Shown here piece after piece: positions 54,113 through 63,051 of a stretch of 64,000 nt of DNA. This stretch comes from Blastocatellia bacterium. Lineage in GTDB: Bacteria > Acidobacteriota > Blastocatellia > RBC074. The stretch lies in assembly GCA_036565725.1 (NCBI GenBank), contig DATCXQ010000925.1, positions 2,594 through 66,593 of the forward strand. The letters are read 5' to 3'. The position numbers and the translations under genes are program-made. Every line of letters begins with the position of its first letter. Position 1 is the stretch's first letter. The notes beneath the pieces were generated by a model that worked only from the letters and a program-made list of their open reading frames with translations, was not told the origin of the DNA and did not search any database.

Positions 54113-55498
54113 TCAACCGCGGTTAGTCGCGCCTGACTTCTCCTGCCGGTTTTGGCGCAGTCGGCGAACGAACAGGCAAGTGGTCTTCACCGCGATGCCG
54201 TCGCGGATCTGGACCTCAAGCAGCGCCTGGAAATAGGATGGCAGGTCTTTGTCTCCTGAAGCGGCCCACATACTTTCTAGTGTCAGCATGCTCGCCTCCG
54301 AGATCGCAAATTCTGCGGCCGCCTGGGTGCCGAGAGTGGAAAGCCCGGCAAGCACCAGAATATATTGGTTGGGAGTGACACTGGGGAGCAGACTGATCAA
54401 CGCATATTCAGATTGGAGGGCTTTCGTTCTGCCGTCCCTTCGAAATTCGTAGGTCGCCGGCTGATTCGCTTCAGGGCGGCGGTCTCGGATCAACAGTCTT
54501 CCTACAAATTCATTTCCGGCGGGATCTTCAAAAACCAGATCGCTCTCGACGGGCAATTTCCCCAGGATCTCATTCTCCAGGCTGGCGCCGAGGAAGATCA
54601 CGTGGCGATTTCTGAGGTCTTCGTATGAAGTGATCCGGCTGCGCTTGACTGAGAAATCCTGCCCGCGGCGCGCTAACAATTGAGAGATCCTGCCCGCCGC
54701 CACGACTTCTCCGATGCCGGTATAGGAATCAAAATAGTATAGCGGTCCCAAATGGGCAGGGATTGGCCCGCGGCGTTCCAACCCGGCCAGGCTGGGGACT
54801 TGGGCTCCCATCGCGAGCGAATGGCTCGTTTCGGTGTAGTACCGATAGAGGTCTCCTTGCTCACTCATTAAGAACAGCGCGTTACTGTAGACGATGATGG
54901 GAGGCTGACTCGACGAAGCGAATGGCTGGCATAGCACGGCCAATGCTTTGGCTAGTGGGGGAGACTTCGGGGAATCGGCGCTCAAACTGAAAGTCCGAAG
55001 GATGTATGTGAGGAGCGCCAGGTTCAAAATCAACAGCCCGAAGGCCAGCGACCGCCAATTGAGCGTCGCCGATAATTTTGCCGGCTCGGGATTGGGAGTG
55101 ACGGCTTGCTCCGCCTGGGGCTCCGAGGAATTAACCAGGGGGCGTACAGTGGGTGGTTGCGTCAAATACTCGGGGTAGTAATGCCCGCGGGCGATGAAGA
55201 TGTGGACCGGGTCTTGGGCTCCTTCCCCGTTGTAGTATTCCGCGAGCTTCTTGCGCAGCCTGGCCGCCTGGACACGGACGATATTATCAGCTTTGGAGCT
55301 GAAGTCCGAGGACCGCCCGAGGACTTCAGTAGCAATGGTATATTCCTTAATTTCATCGGCCCGCTCGGCCACCGACCTCTCGACGATGAACTTCAGAATC
55401 TGCCGCAATGTCTCACACTCGGAGAAAGTCTTGCTCTGTAGGACGAGCTGGAGCGCTAATAAGCGCTCGTCAGCCGTCGTGTCACTAGTGACGACCAT
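54113..55498 (-). CDS. Membrane-anchored winged-helix (OmpR/CadC-type) transcriptional regulator with a large extracytoplasmic domain
   Basis: The N-terminal segment ETLRQILKFIVERS...EIKEYTIATEVLGRSSDFSSKADNIVRVQAARLRKKLAEYY is the trans_reg_C pattern. One TM segment follows (LAFGLLILNLALLTYIL), then about 290 aa of an unknown domain. Confidence 0.7.
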   Translation of the reverse strand: MVVTSDTTADERLLALQLVLQSKTFSECETLRQILKFIVERSVAERADEIKEYTIATEVLGRSSDFSSKADNIVRVQAARLRKKLAEYYNGEGAQDPVHIFIARGHYYPEYLTQPPTVRPLVNSSEPQAEQAVTPNPEPAKLSATLNWRSLAFGLLILNLALLTYILRTFSLSADSPKSPPLAKALAVLCQPFASSSQPPIIVYSNALFLMSEQGDLYRYYTETSHSLAMGAQVPSLAGLERRGPIPAHLGPLYYFDSYTGIGEVVAAGRISQLLARRGQDFSVKRSRITSYEDLRNRHVIFLGASLENEILGKLPVESDLVFEDPAGNEFVGRLLIRDRRPEANQPATYEFRRDGRTKALQSEYALISLLPSVTPNQYILVLAGLSTLGTQAAAEFAISEASMLTLESMWAASGDKDLPSYFQALLEVQIRDGIAVKTTCLFVRRLRQNRQEKSGATNRG

Positions 55499-55927
55499 GG
55501 CACTTGATTCCCTTGTTGCACCCGCGTTACCGGATGTTGAGCACCCGTATTGAAATGTAAATGAATGGCCTCAGCGGCCGAATAGCCTGATCCCGGATTC
55601 AGCGCGCCTTAACCTGGTTCCCCAAAAGTTGATGGGCCACACCAAGAAGGCAGCCCCCCGTTAAGATATGAGATAGGTCCCTGTCACAAATGTTAGGGTT
55701 TGGCGGCGATTATACTCCGGGGGCTTACAATTTCAAAATTCAAGACGCGCTCGCCGGAGCGGCCTCAGTCCCTTACTCAAAGGATAATTCGGCTCTTTCA
55801 GGCGCCGACAGGGCAGGCGGCGCCACGCAATTTACGGTAACATCACCCACGCCTATTCTTCACCTGGCGGTTTTCCGGCTAAGAGAAGTGTCCACTAGGC
55901 ATACTGGCTCACTTTTTGTCTGGCCGA

Positions 55928-55968
55928 TTTACTCCCCGGTTACCTCATGTTACCCCCCTGTTACTCCC
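55928..55968 (+). promoter_or_regulatory. Four helically phased TTAC-box direct repeats upstream of the TonB-dependent receptor
   Basis: The sequence is gatTTACtccccggTTACctcatgTTACccccctgTTACtccc. TTAC starts at 55929, 55940, 55950 and 55961, giving spacings of 11, 10 and 11 nt. The repeats lie about 75 nt upstream of the ATG at 56042 and are divergent from the wHTH regulator gene. Confidence 0.5.
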
Positions 55969-56041
55969 TAAATTCTTGACCTGAGCTTACAGTTCTCCGC
56001 AGGAAAAATCCTTACGGTCTCTCAACCAATGGAGGTCAATA

Positions 56042-59000
56042 ATGGAGTTCAATAATATGAGGCGGAGTATTTGGCTATGGCTCTTGATTGCTGCAACCCT
56101 GGCAGGTCAGGCAGGGGGCGCGTCAGCCCTGGCGCAAGCGGAACAAGCCACCATCACCGGCACGGTCACGGATAAGTCAGGCGCCGTAATCCCGGACGCT
56201 AAAGTGATCGTCACTAATATTAGGACCCAAGTCGTCAGGGAGACGAAAACCACTGGGGACGGCCATTACACGGCGCCGTATCTCCCAGTCGGCCAGTATG
56301 AAGTCACGGTGGAGATGGCAGGCTTTAAAAAGGCGCAAGTGAAAGACGTCACCCTCAGAGTCGGGTTCATCGCTACTGTCGACGTAAGCCTGGAGCCTGG
56401 GGCGGTGACAGAGGCGGTTGAGGTCACCGGCGGGGCGGCGCAACTGGAGAGCCAGAGTGGTTCGCTCGGTAATGTGGTCGGGAACACGCAACTCCGCGAG
56501 TTGCCGTTGATCAACCGGAATCCTTTCGGGTTGGTGACGCTCGCCCCGGGCGTGATCGCGGCCGGAAACACAGGGACCGGACCGATTATCAACGGCGGCC
56601 GGTCCAACACGAGCGAGGTCCTGCTCGATGGGGCCGAGTTGCGCAACAGTTCCACCATGGATCTCAACTACACGCCTCCACTAGAATCCATCGAAGAGTT
56701 TAAGGTCATCACCAACAGCATGTCCGCAGAGTTCGGCTCCTCGGGCGGCGGCTATCTCACCGCCGTCACCAAGTCGGGGGCCAATCAGCTGCACGGCAGT
56801 TTTTACGAGTTCCTGCGCAACGACAAGCTCAATGCAAACAGCTTTACCAATAACCGGAACGGCGTGGCGCGCGGCATGGTGCGACATAATGAGTACGGGG
56901 GTACCCTCGGCGGGCCGGTTTACATACCGGGCCTGTACAACGGGCGCGACAAGACCTTCTTCTTCGTGGCCCTGGAACAAGTCAAGGACCGCAGCCCACA
57001 GACGGTGATCAGTACCGTGCCGACCGCGCTTGAGCGGGTCGGAGATTTCTCCCAGACCTTCGCCGACAATGCGCGCACCCAGTTGATCAAGATTTATGAC
57101 CCGGCCACCACACGCGCCGCCGCGGGAGGCGCGTTTGTCCGTGACCAGTTTTCCTGTCGGGAGGGGCCCAATGTGAGGCTCAATGTGATTTGCCCTGATC
57201 GCATCAATCCCATCGCGCTCAAGATCCTTTCCTATTATCCGCTGCCCAACCGAGACTCGCGGACTAACAATCGCGTCGATGCCGCCAATCGCATTAATGA
57301 TTCGTGGAGGTTGGATTTTCGGATCGACCACCGGATCGGGACAAGGCATCACCTCTTTGCCACTTACGGCCGGATCAACCAGGATCAATCAAGTCGGGGC
57401 CTGACTAACATCGCCTACCCAAGGGAAGGGGTGAACGGTGAACTCGCCACGGTCCAGGACCGCCCACGGAGGGCTGTCCTCAGCGACACCGTTACATTCC
57501 GGCCCACCTTGATCGGAGAATTCCGCGCCAGCCTGTCGCGCTCCTTTAGGGACGTCCTGTCGCGCAGCCTGGGCTTTGATTTCATGAATGAGCTCGGGAT
57601 TGCGCCCAGTCTCAGGCCTTTTGTCAGGAGCTTAATCTTCCCGCAGATCAACCCAAGTGATGTCGCCGGTCTAGGCCCGGACCGGGCCTCGCTGCAACAT
57701 GACGCCGAAAGTACTTACCAATTCCAGGGCCACATCACCTGGATCCGGGGCTCGCATTCGGTGAAGTCCGGGCTCGACTACAGGTTTATGGCCTGGAACG
57801 TGCTCCGCCCGGAGCGCCCGGCGGGGAACTTCACCTTCGACCGGAGCTTCACTCAAGGGCCGAACCCGATTGCCGCCAGTACGACCGCCGGCAACGGCAT
57901 CGCCACACTCCTGCTCGGCGCCCCGACCGGAGGGAACTTCACTTTTGACCCGACCCTCGCCGCCTCGCAAAAATACTACGCCACCTACGTGCAGGATGAT
58001 TGGAAAGTGGCTCGCCGCTTGACGCTCAATCTGGGCTTGCGCTGGGAATACTCAACGCCGTGGAACGACCGCTTCGACCAGTTATCCTTCTTCGACCCGG
58101 AGGCCGTCGAGCCGATCACCCAGCAGAAAGGGGTGATCAGATTCGTGGGCCGCGACGGCAATTCGCGCTACCAGACCATGTCGGATAAAAACAATTTCGC
58201 CCCGCGCTTGGCCCTGGCCTGGGAACTCATGAAAGATACGGCGCTCAGGGCCGGTTATGGCATCTCGTATTTTCCCGGCAGCGGGGGCATCGGGGCCGCG
58301 CCCAGCGACGTCATGCTCGGCGGGGGGCTGCCGATCACTGGAGTGTTTTTGGGCGACCGGCCGTTCCCCAATACGCCCCCGACGGGTTCGTCGTTGGCCG
58401 ACCCTTTCAGGTCGGGTATTGTCGTCCCGCCCACCACGAATCTCGGTGAAGGTGTGACCCAGGCATTCCCCGAGTGGCGCATCCCCTTCAACCACCAGTG
58501 GAACCTCAATATCCAGCGCGCTATCACCAGGGATCTGCTCGTGGAAGTGGCCTATAGCGGCAACCGGGGGCAGCGCATCTGGATCAACCGCAACCGCAAC
58601 GTGGCGAGCGCCTCGAACCTGTCGTTAGGTAATGACCTGTTTACGCGCGTGCCGAACCCCTTCGCGGGCAAAATCCCGGGAACCCTCGGGCAACCCACGA
58701 TTGAGAAGCGTCTCCTTCTGAGGCCCTTCCCCCATTATGGTGACCTCACGCGTTTCCGCGATGACGTGGGCGATTCGATCTATCATGCCTTCACGTTGCG
58801 CGTGGATAAGAGGTTTGCGCAGGGGTTGCTCTTTCAAGCAGGCTACACGGTCAGCAAGAATATCAGCAACGTGCCGGAGCGGTTTATCGGGCGCGCCGCG
58901 AACTTTATTGATCCGAACGACCTCTCGCGTTCGCGTTCGATCAGCGAGAACGACCGGCCACAGAGGCTGGTGATCAACTATGTCTATGAACTCCCTTTCG

Positions 59001-59491
59001 GGCAGGGCAAGCGATGGCTTGGGAACGGTTGGGCGGGGCGCCTCCTCGGTAGCTGGCAGGTGGCGGGGATCACGGTCTTCCAGTCCGGGCTGCCGGTGAT
59101 CATTTCCGGCGCCTGCTCGACCAACATCCAAGGGCTCGGCTGTACGCCCGTCCGGTTGAAAGACCCGGTCGTAGCCGAAGGCGATAAGACGCTCGACCGG
59201 TGGTTTGATCCCACGGCATTCGCCCTGGCGCCGGCCTTCTCAATGGGTAATAACCCGCGCACCGAGCCGAACCTGCGCGGGCCGGGTACCAGAAACTTTG
59301 ACATCGGGGTCTACCGCAACCAGCGCATCAGGGAGACCATTAAACTGCAAATCGGCGCCGATTTTCAGAATGCTTTCAATACGACGCAGTTGAACGACCC
59401 GATCACCGCTATTGGCGACGCCAATTTTGGAAAGATCATCGGCGGCGGTAACCAGAGGCAGATCCAAATCAGGGTGCGGCTCTCCTACTGA
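56042..59491 (+). CDS. TonB-dependent outer-membrane receptor with an N-terminal carboxypeptidase-regulatory-like domain (Oar-like)
   Basis: 1149 aa. GGAGG lies 6 nt upstream of the start, and a signal peptide is present. CarboxypepD_reg pattern: ITGTVTDKSGAVIPDAKVIVTNIRT...YTAPYLPVGQYEVTVEMAGFK. A plug region follows (INGGRSNTSEVLLDG). The terminal beta-strand ends in RVRLSY. Confidence 0.9.
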   Translation: MEFNNMRRSIWLWLLIAATLAGQAGGASALAQAEQATITGTVTDKSGAVIPDAKVIVTNIRTQVVRETKTTGDGHYTAPYLPVGQYEVTVEMAGFKKAQVKDVTLRVGFIATVDVSLEPGAVTEAVEVTGGAAQLESQSGSLGNVVGNTQLRELPLINRNPFGLVTLAPGVIAAGNTGTGPIINGGRSNTSEVLLDGAELRNSSTMDLNYTPPLESIEEFKVITNSMSAEFGSSGGGYLTAVTKSGANQLHGSFYEFLRNDKLNANSFTNNRNGVARGMVRHNEYGGTLGGPVYIPGLYNGRDKTFFFVALEQVKDRSPQTVISTVPTALERVGDFSQTFADNARTQLIKIYDPATTRAAAGGAFVRDQFSCREGPNVRLNVICPDRINPIALKILSYYPLPNRDSRTNNRVDAANRINDSWRLDFRIDHRIGTRHHLFATYGRINQDQSSRGLTNIAYPREGVNGELATVQDRPRRAVLSDTVTFRPTLIGEFRASLSRSFRDVLSRSLGFDFMNELGIAPSLRPFVRSLIFPQINPSDVAGLGPDRASLQHDAESTYQFQGHITWIRGSHSVKSGLDYRFMAWNVLRPERPAGNFTFDRSFTQGPNPIAASTTAGNGIATLLLGAPTGGNFTFDPTLAASQKYYATYVQDDWKVARRLTLNLGLRWEYSTPWNDRFDQLSFFDPEAVEPITQQKGVIRFVGRDGNSRYQTMSDKNNFAPRLALAWELMKDTALRAGYGISYFPGSGGIGAAPSDVMLGGGLPITGVFLGDRPFPNTPPTGSSLADPFRSGIVVPPTTNLGEGVTQAFPEWRIPFNHQWNLNIQRAITRDLLVEVAYSGNRGQRIWINRNRNVASASNLSLGNDLFTRVPNPFAGKIPGTLGQPTIEKRLLLRPFPHYGDLTRFRDDVGDSIYHAFTLRVDKRFAQGLLFQAGYTVSKNISNVPERFIGRAANFIDPNDLSRSRSISENDRPQRLVINYVYELPFGQGKRWLGNGWAGRLLGSWQVAGITVFQSGLPVIISGACSTNIQGLGCTPVRLKDPVVAEGDKTLDRWFDPTAFALAPAFSMGNNPRTEPNLRGPGTRNFDIGVYRNQRIRETIKLQIGADFQNAFNTTQLNDPITAIGDANFGKIIGGGNQRQIQIRVRLSY

Positions 59492-59793
59492 GCAGGATTG
59501 GCGCCGCGGGCTTACTGACCCGCCGGGCATCAGTTCGAAGCGGCGCCCAAGCGCGTGATTGCCGCAGTCAGGCGTCACATTTTGTAATATCGACTGTACT
59601 CGATCGGCAAATACGGCGTAGTGTTACTACGCCGTATTGAGCGCATACAGAATCACAATGCATGCTCCGCGTCCTCTTTTGATTTGTAACGTCAATTCGT
59701 TCGGAGGCGTCTGTGGAGTTGGAGTATAATTGCGACGCCACAGTGCGGATCGCGCAAACAATCTCGACAATCGAATCGGCAGGAGGCGCACGG

Positions 59794-62535
59794 ATGTCGA
59801 AAAGAGCCGTCATCAAATTTTTCATAATGCTGGCCGTAGGCGGAATCTTCCTGGCGTCGTCGCAGCGTCAGGCGCAAACTGCGCGCCCCGCCCAGGAGCC
59901 GTCCCGCGAAGGCCTGGAATTTTTCGAGAAGAGGATCAGGCCCGCGCTCGCCGAGAATTGTTACGCCTGCCACAGCGAGAAGAGCAAGAAGCCGCAGGGC
60001 GGGTTGCTGCTCGATTCGATCGAAGCGATGCTCAAAGGCGGCGCGTCGGGACAGCCAGCCGTCGTTCCGGGCGATCCCGAAAAGAGCCTGCTCATCAAGG
60101 CCATCCGCCACACCGACGCCAAATTGCAGATGCCGATGGGCGGCAAACTGCCAGACCAGGCGATCAAGGATTTCGAAGCCTGGGTGAAGATGGGCGCGCC
60201 CGCCCCGCGCGGCTCGGCGCCAACAGCCGCGTCGAACTATCCTTCGTACAATTTTGACGAGGCGAGAAAGTTTTGGTCGTTCCAGCCGCTCAAATACCGT
60301 CAGCCTCCGAAAGTTAAAAACGCGGCCTGGGTCAAATCGCCGATTGATTGCTTCATCCTGGCCAAACTCGAAGAGAAGGGGTTGAAGCCTGTCGCCGACG
60401 CCGATAAACGCGCGCTGATTCGACGCGCGACTTTCGACTTGACCGGCTTGCCGCCGACGCCCGACGAGGTCGAGGCGTTTTTAAAGGACACGTCGCCGAA
60501 CGCCTTCGAAAAGGTCGTTGACCGTTTGCTCGGCAGTCAGGCTTATGGCGAAAAATGGGGCAGGCATTGGCTCGACGTCGTGCGCTATGCGGACACTGCC
60601 GGCGACAATTCGGATTATCCAGTGATCGCGGCCTACCGCTACCGCAACTACGTGATCGAATCGTTCAACAAAGACAAGCCCTACGACGAATTCATCCGCG
60701 AACAGATCGCGGGCGACATTCTGGCGAGACACGACGCGCGGCGCGCCGAGGGCGAGGTGTCCGATGAGAGAGACGTTTCTGGCGCGAAAAAAACGACGGC
60801 CGCCGAGATCGAAAAGTCGCATCAGGAGAAAATCATCGCCACTGGCTACCTGGCGATCTCGCGCCGATTCGGTTCGCGCAACAAAGAGATGAACCTGACG
60901 ATCGACGACACGATTGACAACCTCGGCAAGGCTTTTCTGGGCCTGAGCGTGAGTTGCGCGCGCTGTCACGATCACAAATTCGACCCGATCCCGCAGCGCG
61001 ATTATTACGCGCTCTACGGCATGTTCAACAGCATTCGCTATTCCTTCCCCGGCGCCGAAATCTATCCTCACCCGGCGGAAATGGTCTCGCTCGTCGGCGG
61101 CAAGGAGGCTGAAAATTTCTATAGGCGGCAGAAGGAACTGAGCGAGATTGACGACGCGATCGAACGGTTGAAGGGTGAACGCGGCGCCGCGGCCCGAAAT
61201 AAAAAGATGAAAGACGAGGCGGCGGCGAAGGCCGAAGCGCCCGCCCCGGCGAGCAAAGAGACTAAACCGTCCGATACGAAACGCGACAACGAGACCGGCG
61301 CCGAGGAAAAAAACGGGACGCAGAAGCAAAACGAGAGTCTGCCCGCCGATTTCGACCGCGACCTCGCCAACAACCAGAAGGCGCAAACCTCCAAGCGAAT
61401 GCCCGATGAGGTAGAGGCCGAATGGACTCGCGTCAACTCGCGCCAGGCGGAATTGCACAAGCGCTACGTCAATACCCCAAGAGCCTACGCCGTCATCGAG
61501 GGATTGCCCGCCAACGCGCGCATCCATCGCAAGGGCGATCCGAAAAGTCTGGGCGATGAGGTCCCGCGCGGCTTTTTGACGATTCTCGGCGGACAGCAGA
61601 TTCCGAAGGATCATCGTGGGAGTGGGCGCGAATTCCTGGCCCATTGGATCGCCGACGCAAAGAACCCGTTGACCGCTCGCGTCGTGGTAAACCGCATCTG
61701 GGCCTATCACTTCGGCAAGGGGATCGTGCAAACGCCGAATGATTTGGGCGCTAGAGGCCGGGCGCCGACTCACCCCGAATTGCTCGACTGGCTCGCCTCG
61801 CGCTTCATCGAAGGCGGGTGGTCGATCAAGAAGATGCACAGGATGATCATGCTGTCGCACGTCTATCGGATCGGCGGCGGCGAATCGGCGTCGCGAGCGG
61901 TAACGAGCGGGGCGCGCATCATTGCCGCCAACTCCGCGGTTGACGTGAACAACGATTACTTCTGGCGGTTCAACCGCCGGAGGCTCGAAGCGGAGGAGAT
62001 CCGCGACTCGGTTCTCGCCGTGAGCGGCGCGCTCGACCGCACGATGGGCGCCGAGCACCAGTTCCCGCCCGAACCGACCTGGCGCTTTTCGCAGCACGAG
62101 CAGTTCTTCGCCGTCTACGACACCAACCGCCGCAGCGTCTACGTGATGCAGCAACGATTGAAGAAGCATCCGTTCTTCGAGGTCTTCGACGGCGCCGACT
62201 CCAACGCCACCACAGACGGTCGCGCGCAGAGCGTCACGCCCGTGCAGGCGCTCTTCCTGATGAACAGCCCGTTTCTGCATGATCAGTCGGAGCGCTTCGC
62301 CGTTCGCGTCGGGATGGCTTACGATACGCTTCAAGGGCGGATCGATTACGCCTTCCAGCTGGCTTACGGGCGCGCGCCCAGACTCGAAGAGATTCGCGAG
62401 GCGCAGAATTATTTGCGCCGGACGCGCCTGGAATTGCAGGCGGGCGGCGCGCCGGTCGATCAGTTGAATCAGAAGGCGCTGGCCAGCTACCTGCGCGTGG
62501 TCATGAGCAGTAATGAGTTTTTGTACGTGGATTGA
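59794..62535 (+). CDS. PSCyt1/DUF1549/DUF1553 protein (planctomycete-type cytochrome-c domain protein)
   Basis: The start at MSKRAVIKFFIMLAVGG follows AGGAGG. It has a heme-binding CxxCH (NCYACHSEK), a DUF1549 block (WVKSPIDCFILAKLEEKGL), a CARCHDHKFDPI block and a DUF1553 C-terminus (MSSNEFLYVD). A Lys/Glu/Ala-rich insert spans about 61170-61430. Confidence 0.9.
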   Translation: MSKRAVIKFFIMLAVGGIFLASSQRQAQTARPAQEPSREGLEFFEKRIRPALAENCYACHSEKSKKPQGGLLLDSIEAMLKGGASGQPAVVPGDPEKSLLIKAIRHTDAKLQMPMGGKLPDQAIKDFEAWVKMGAPAPRGSAPTAASNYPSYNFDEARKFWSFQPLKYRQPPKVKNAAWVKSPIDCFILAKLEEKGLKPVADADKRALIRRATFDLTGLPPTPDEVEAFLKDTSPNAFEKVVDRLLGSQAYGEKWGRHWLDVVRYADTAGDNSDYPVIAAYRYRNYVIESFNKDKPYDEFIREQIAGDILARHDARRAEGEVSDERDVSGAKKTTAAEIEKSHQEKIIATGYLAISRRFGSRNKEMNLTIDDTIDNLGKAFLGLSVSCARCHDHKFDPIPQRDYYALYGMFNSIRYSFPGAEIYPHPAEMVSLVGGKEAENFYRRQKELSEIDDAIERLKGERGAAARNKKMKDEAAAKAEAPAPASKETKPSDTKRDNETGAEEKNGTQKQNESLPADFDRDLANNQKAQTSKRMPDEVEAEWTRVNSRQAELHKRYVNTPRAYAVIEGLPANARIHRKGDPKSLGDEVPRGFLTILGGQQIPKDHRGSGREFLAHWIADAKNPLTARVVVNRIWAYHFGKGIVQTPNDLGARGRAPTHPELLDWLASRFIEGGWSIKKMHRMIMLSHVYRIGGGESASRAVTSGARIIAANSAVDVNNDYFWRFNRRRLEAEEIRDSVLAVSGALDRTMGAEHQFPPEPTWRFSQHEQFFAVYDTNRRSVYVMQQRLKKHPFFEVFDGADSNATTDGRAQSVTPVQALFLMNSPFLHDQSERFAVRVGMAYDTLQGRIDYAFQLAYGRAPRLEEIREAQNYLRRTRLELQAGGAPVDQLNQKALASYLRVVMSSNEFLYVD

Positions 62536-62544
62536 TGAGCCAGT

Positions 62545-62940
62545 GTGAAAGACGAACTACTGCACAAAGACGTGACTGACCAAATTCTCAGCGCGTTCTA
62601 CAAAGTTTACAACGCGCTCGGAGGAGGTTTTCTGGAGAAGGTCTACGAGAACGCGATGGCAATCGAGTTGCGTAAAGTGGGATTCAATGTCGAACAGCAG
62701 AAAGCAATCAAAGTCTATTACGACGCCGCTCTGGTTGGTGATTTTTATGCGGACTTGGTCGTGGATGGTAAAGTGATTTTGGAGTTGAAGGCTGCTGATG
62801 CGCTGTGCTCCGCGCACGACGCTCAGCTTGGCAATTACCTCAAAGCGACTGATATCGAAGTTGGAATGCTGCTTAACTTCGGCCAGAAGCCGGAATTCAA
62901 GCGCAGGATTTATACCAATGATCGTAAAAAACGAAGGTGA
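62545..62940 (+). CDS. GxxExxY protein (PD-(D/E)XK nuclease-like family)
   Basis: 131 aa with a GTG start 10 nt after the upstream stop. It has the diagnostic GGGFLEKVYENAMAIEL (GxxExxY) and later DLVVDGKVILELKA plus QLGNYLKAT blocks. Confidence 0.85.
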   Translation: MKDELLHKDVTDQILSAFYKVYNALGGGFLEKVYENAMAIELRKVGFNVEQQKAIKVYYDAALVGDFYADLVVDGKVILELKAADALCSAHDAQLGNYLKATDIEVGMLLNFGQKPEFKRRIYTNDRKKRR

Positions 62941-62944
62941 AAAT

Positions 62945-63026
62945 GGTACACGGATTTAACTGATTGTGACGGATTCCGACGGATCAATCCGTAAAAATCC
63001 GTCACAATCAGTTAAATCCGTGTACC
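62945..63026. repeat. Perfect 31-bp inverted repeat immediately 3' of the GxxExxY gene
   Basis: ggtacacggatttaactgattgtgacggatt (62945-62975) is the exact reverse complement of aatccgtcacaatcagttaaatccgtgtacc (62996-63026). The 20-nt loop contains a mini-hairpin, acggatcaatccgt. Confidence 0.9.
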
Positions 63027-63051
63027 ATCATCGATTCAAAAAAGGATCTTT

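Noticed and set aside
55499-56041. Possible cobalamin or other riboswitch in the 540-nt leader of the TonB-dependent receptor
   Set aside because: I could not find a B12 box (GCCACTG context) or other recognisable riboswitch core. Only the TTAC repeats stand out.
60481-62334. 617-aa minus-strand ORF
   Set aside because: It is antisense to the DUF1549/DUF1553 gene, which has diagnostic blocks (CxxCH, CARCHDHKFDP). Its composition is extremely Arg/Val/Gly-rich with no family signal.
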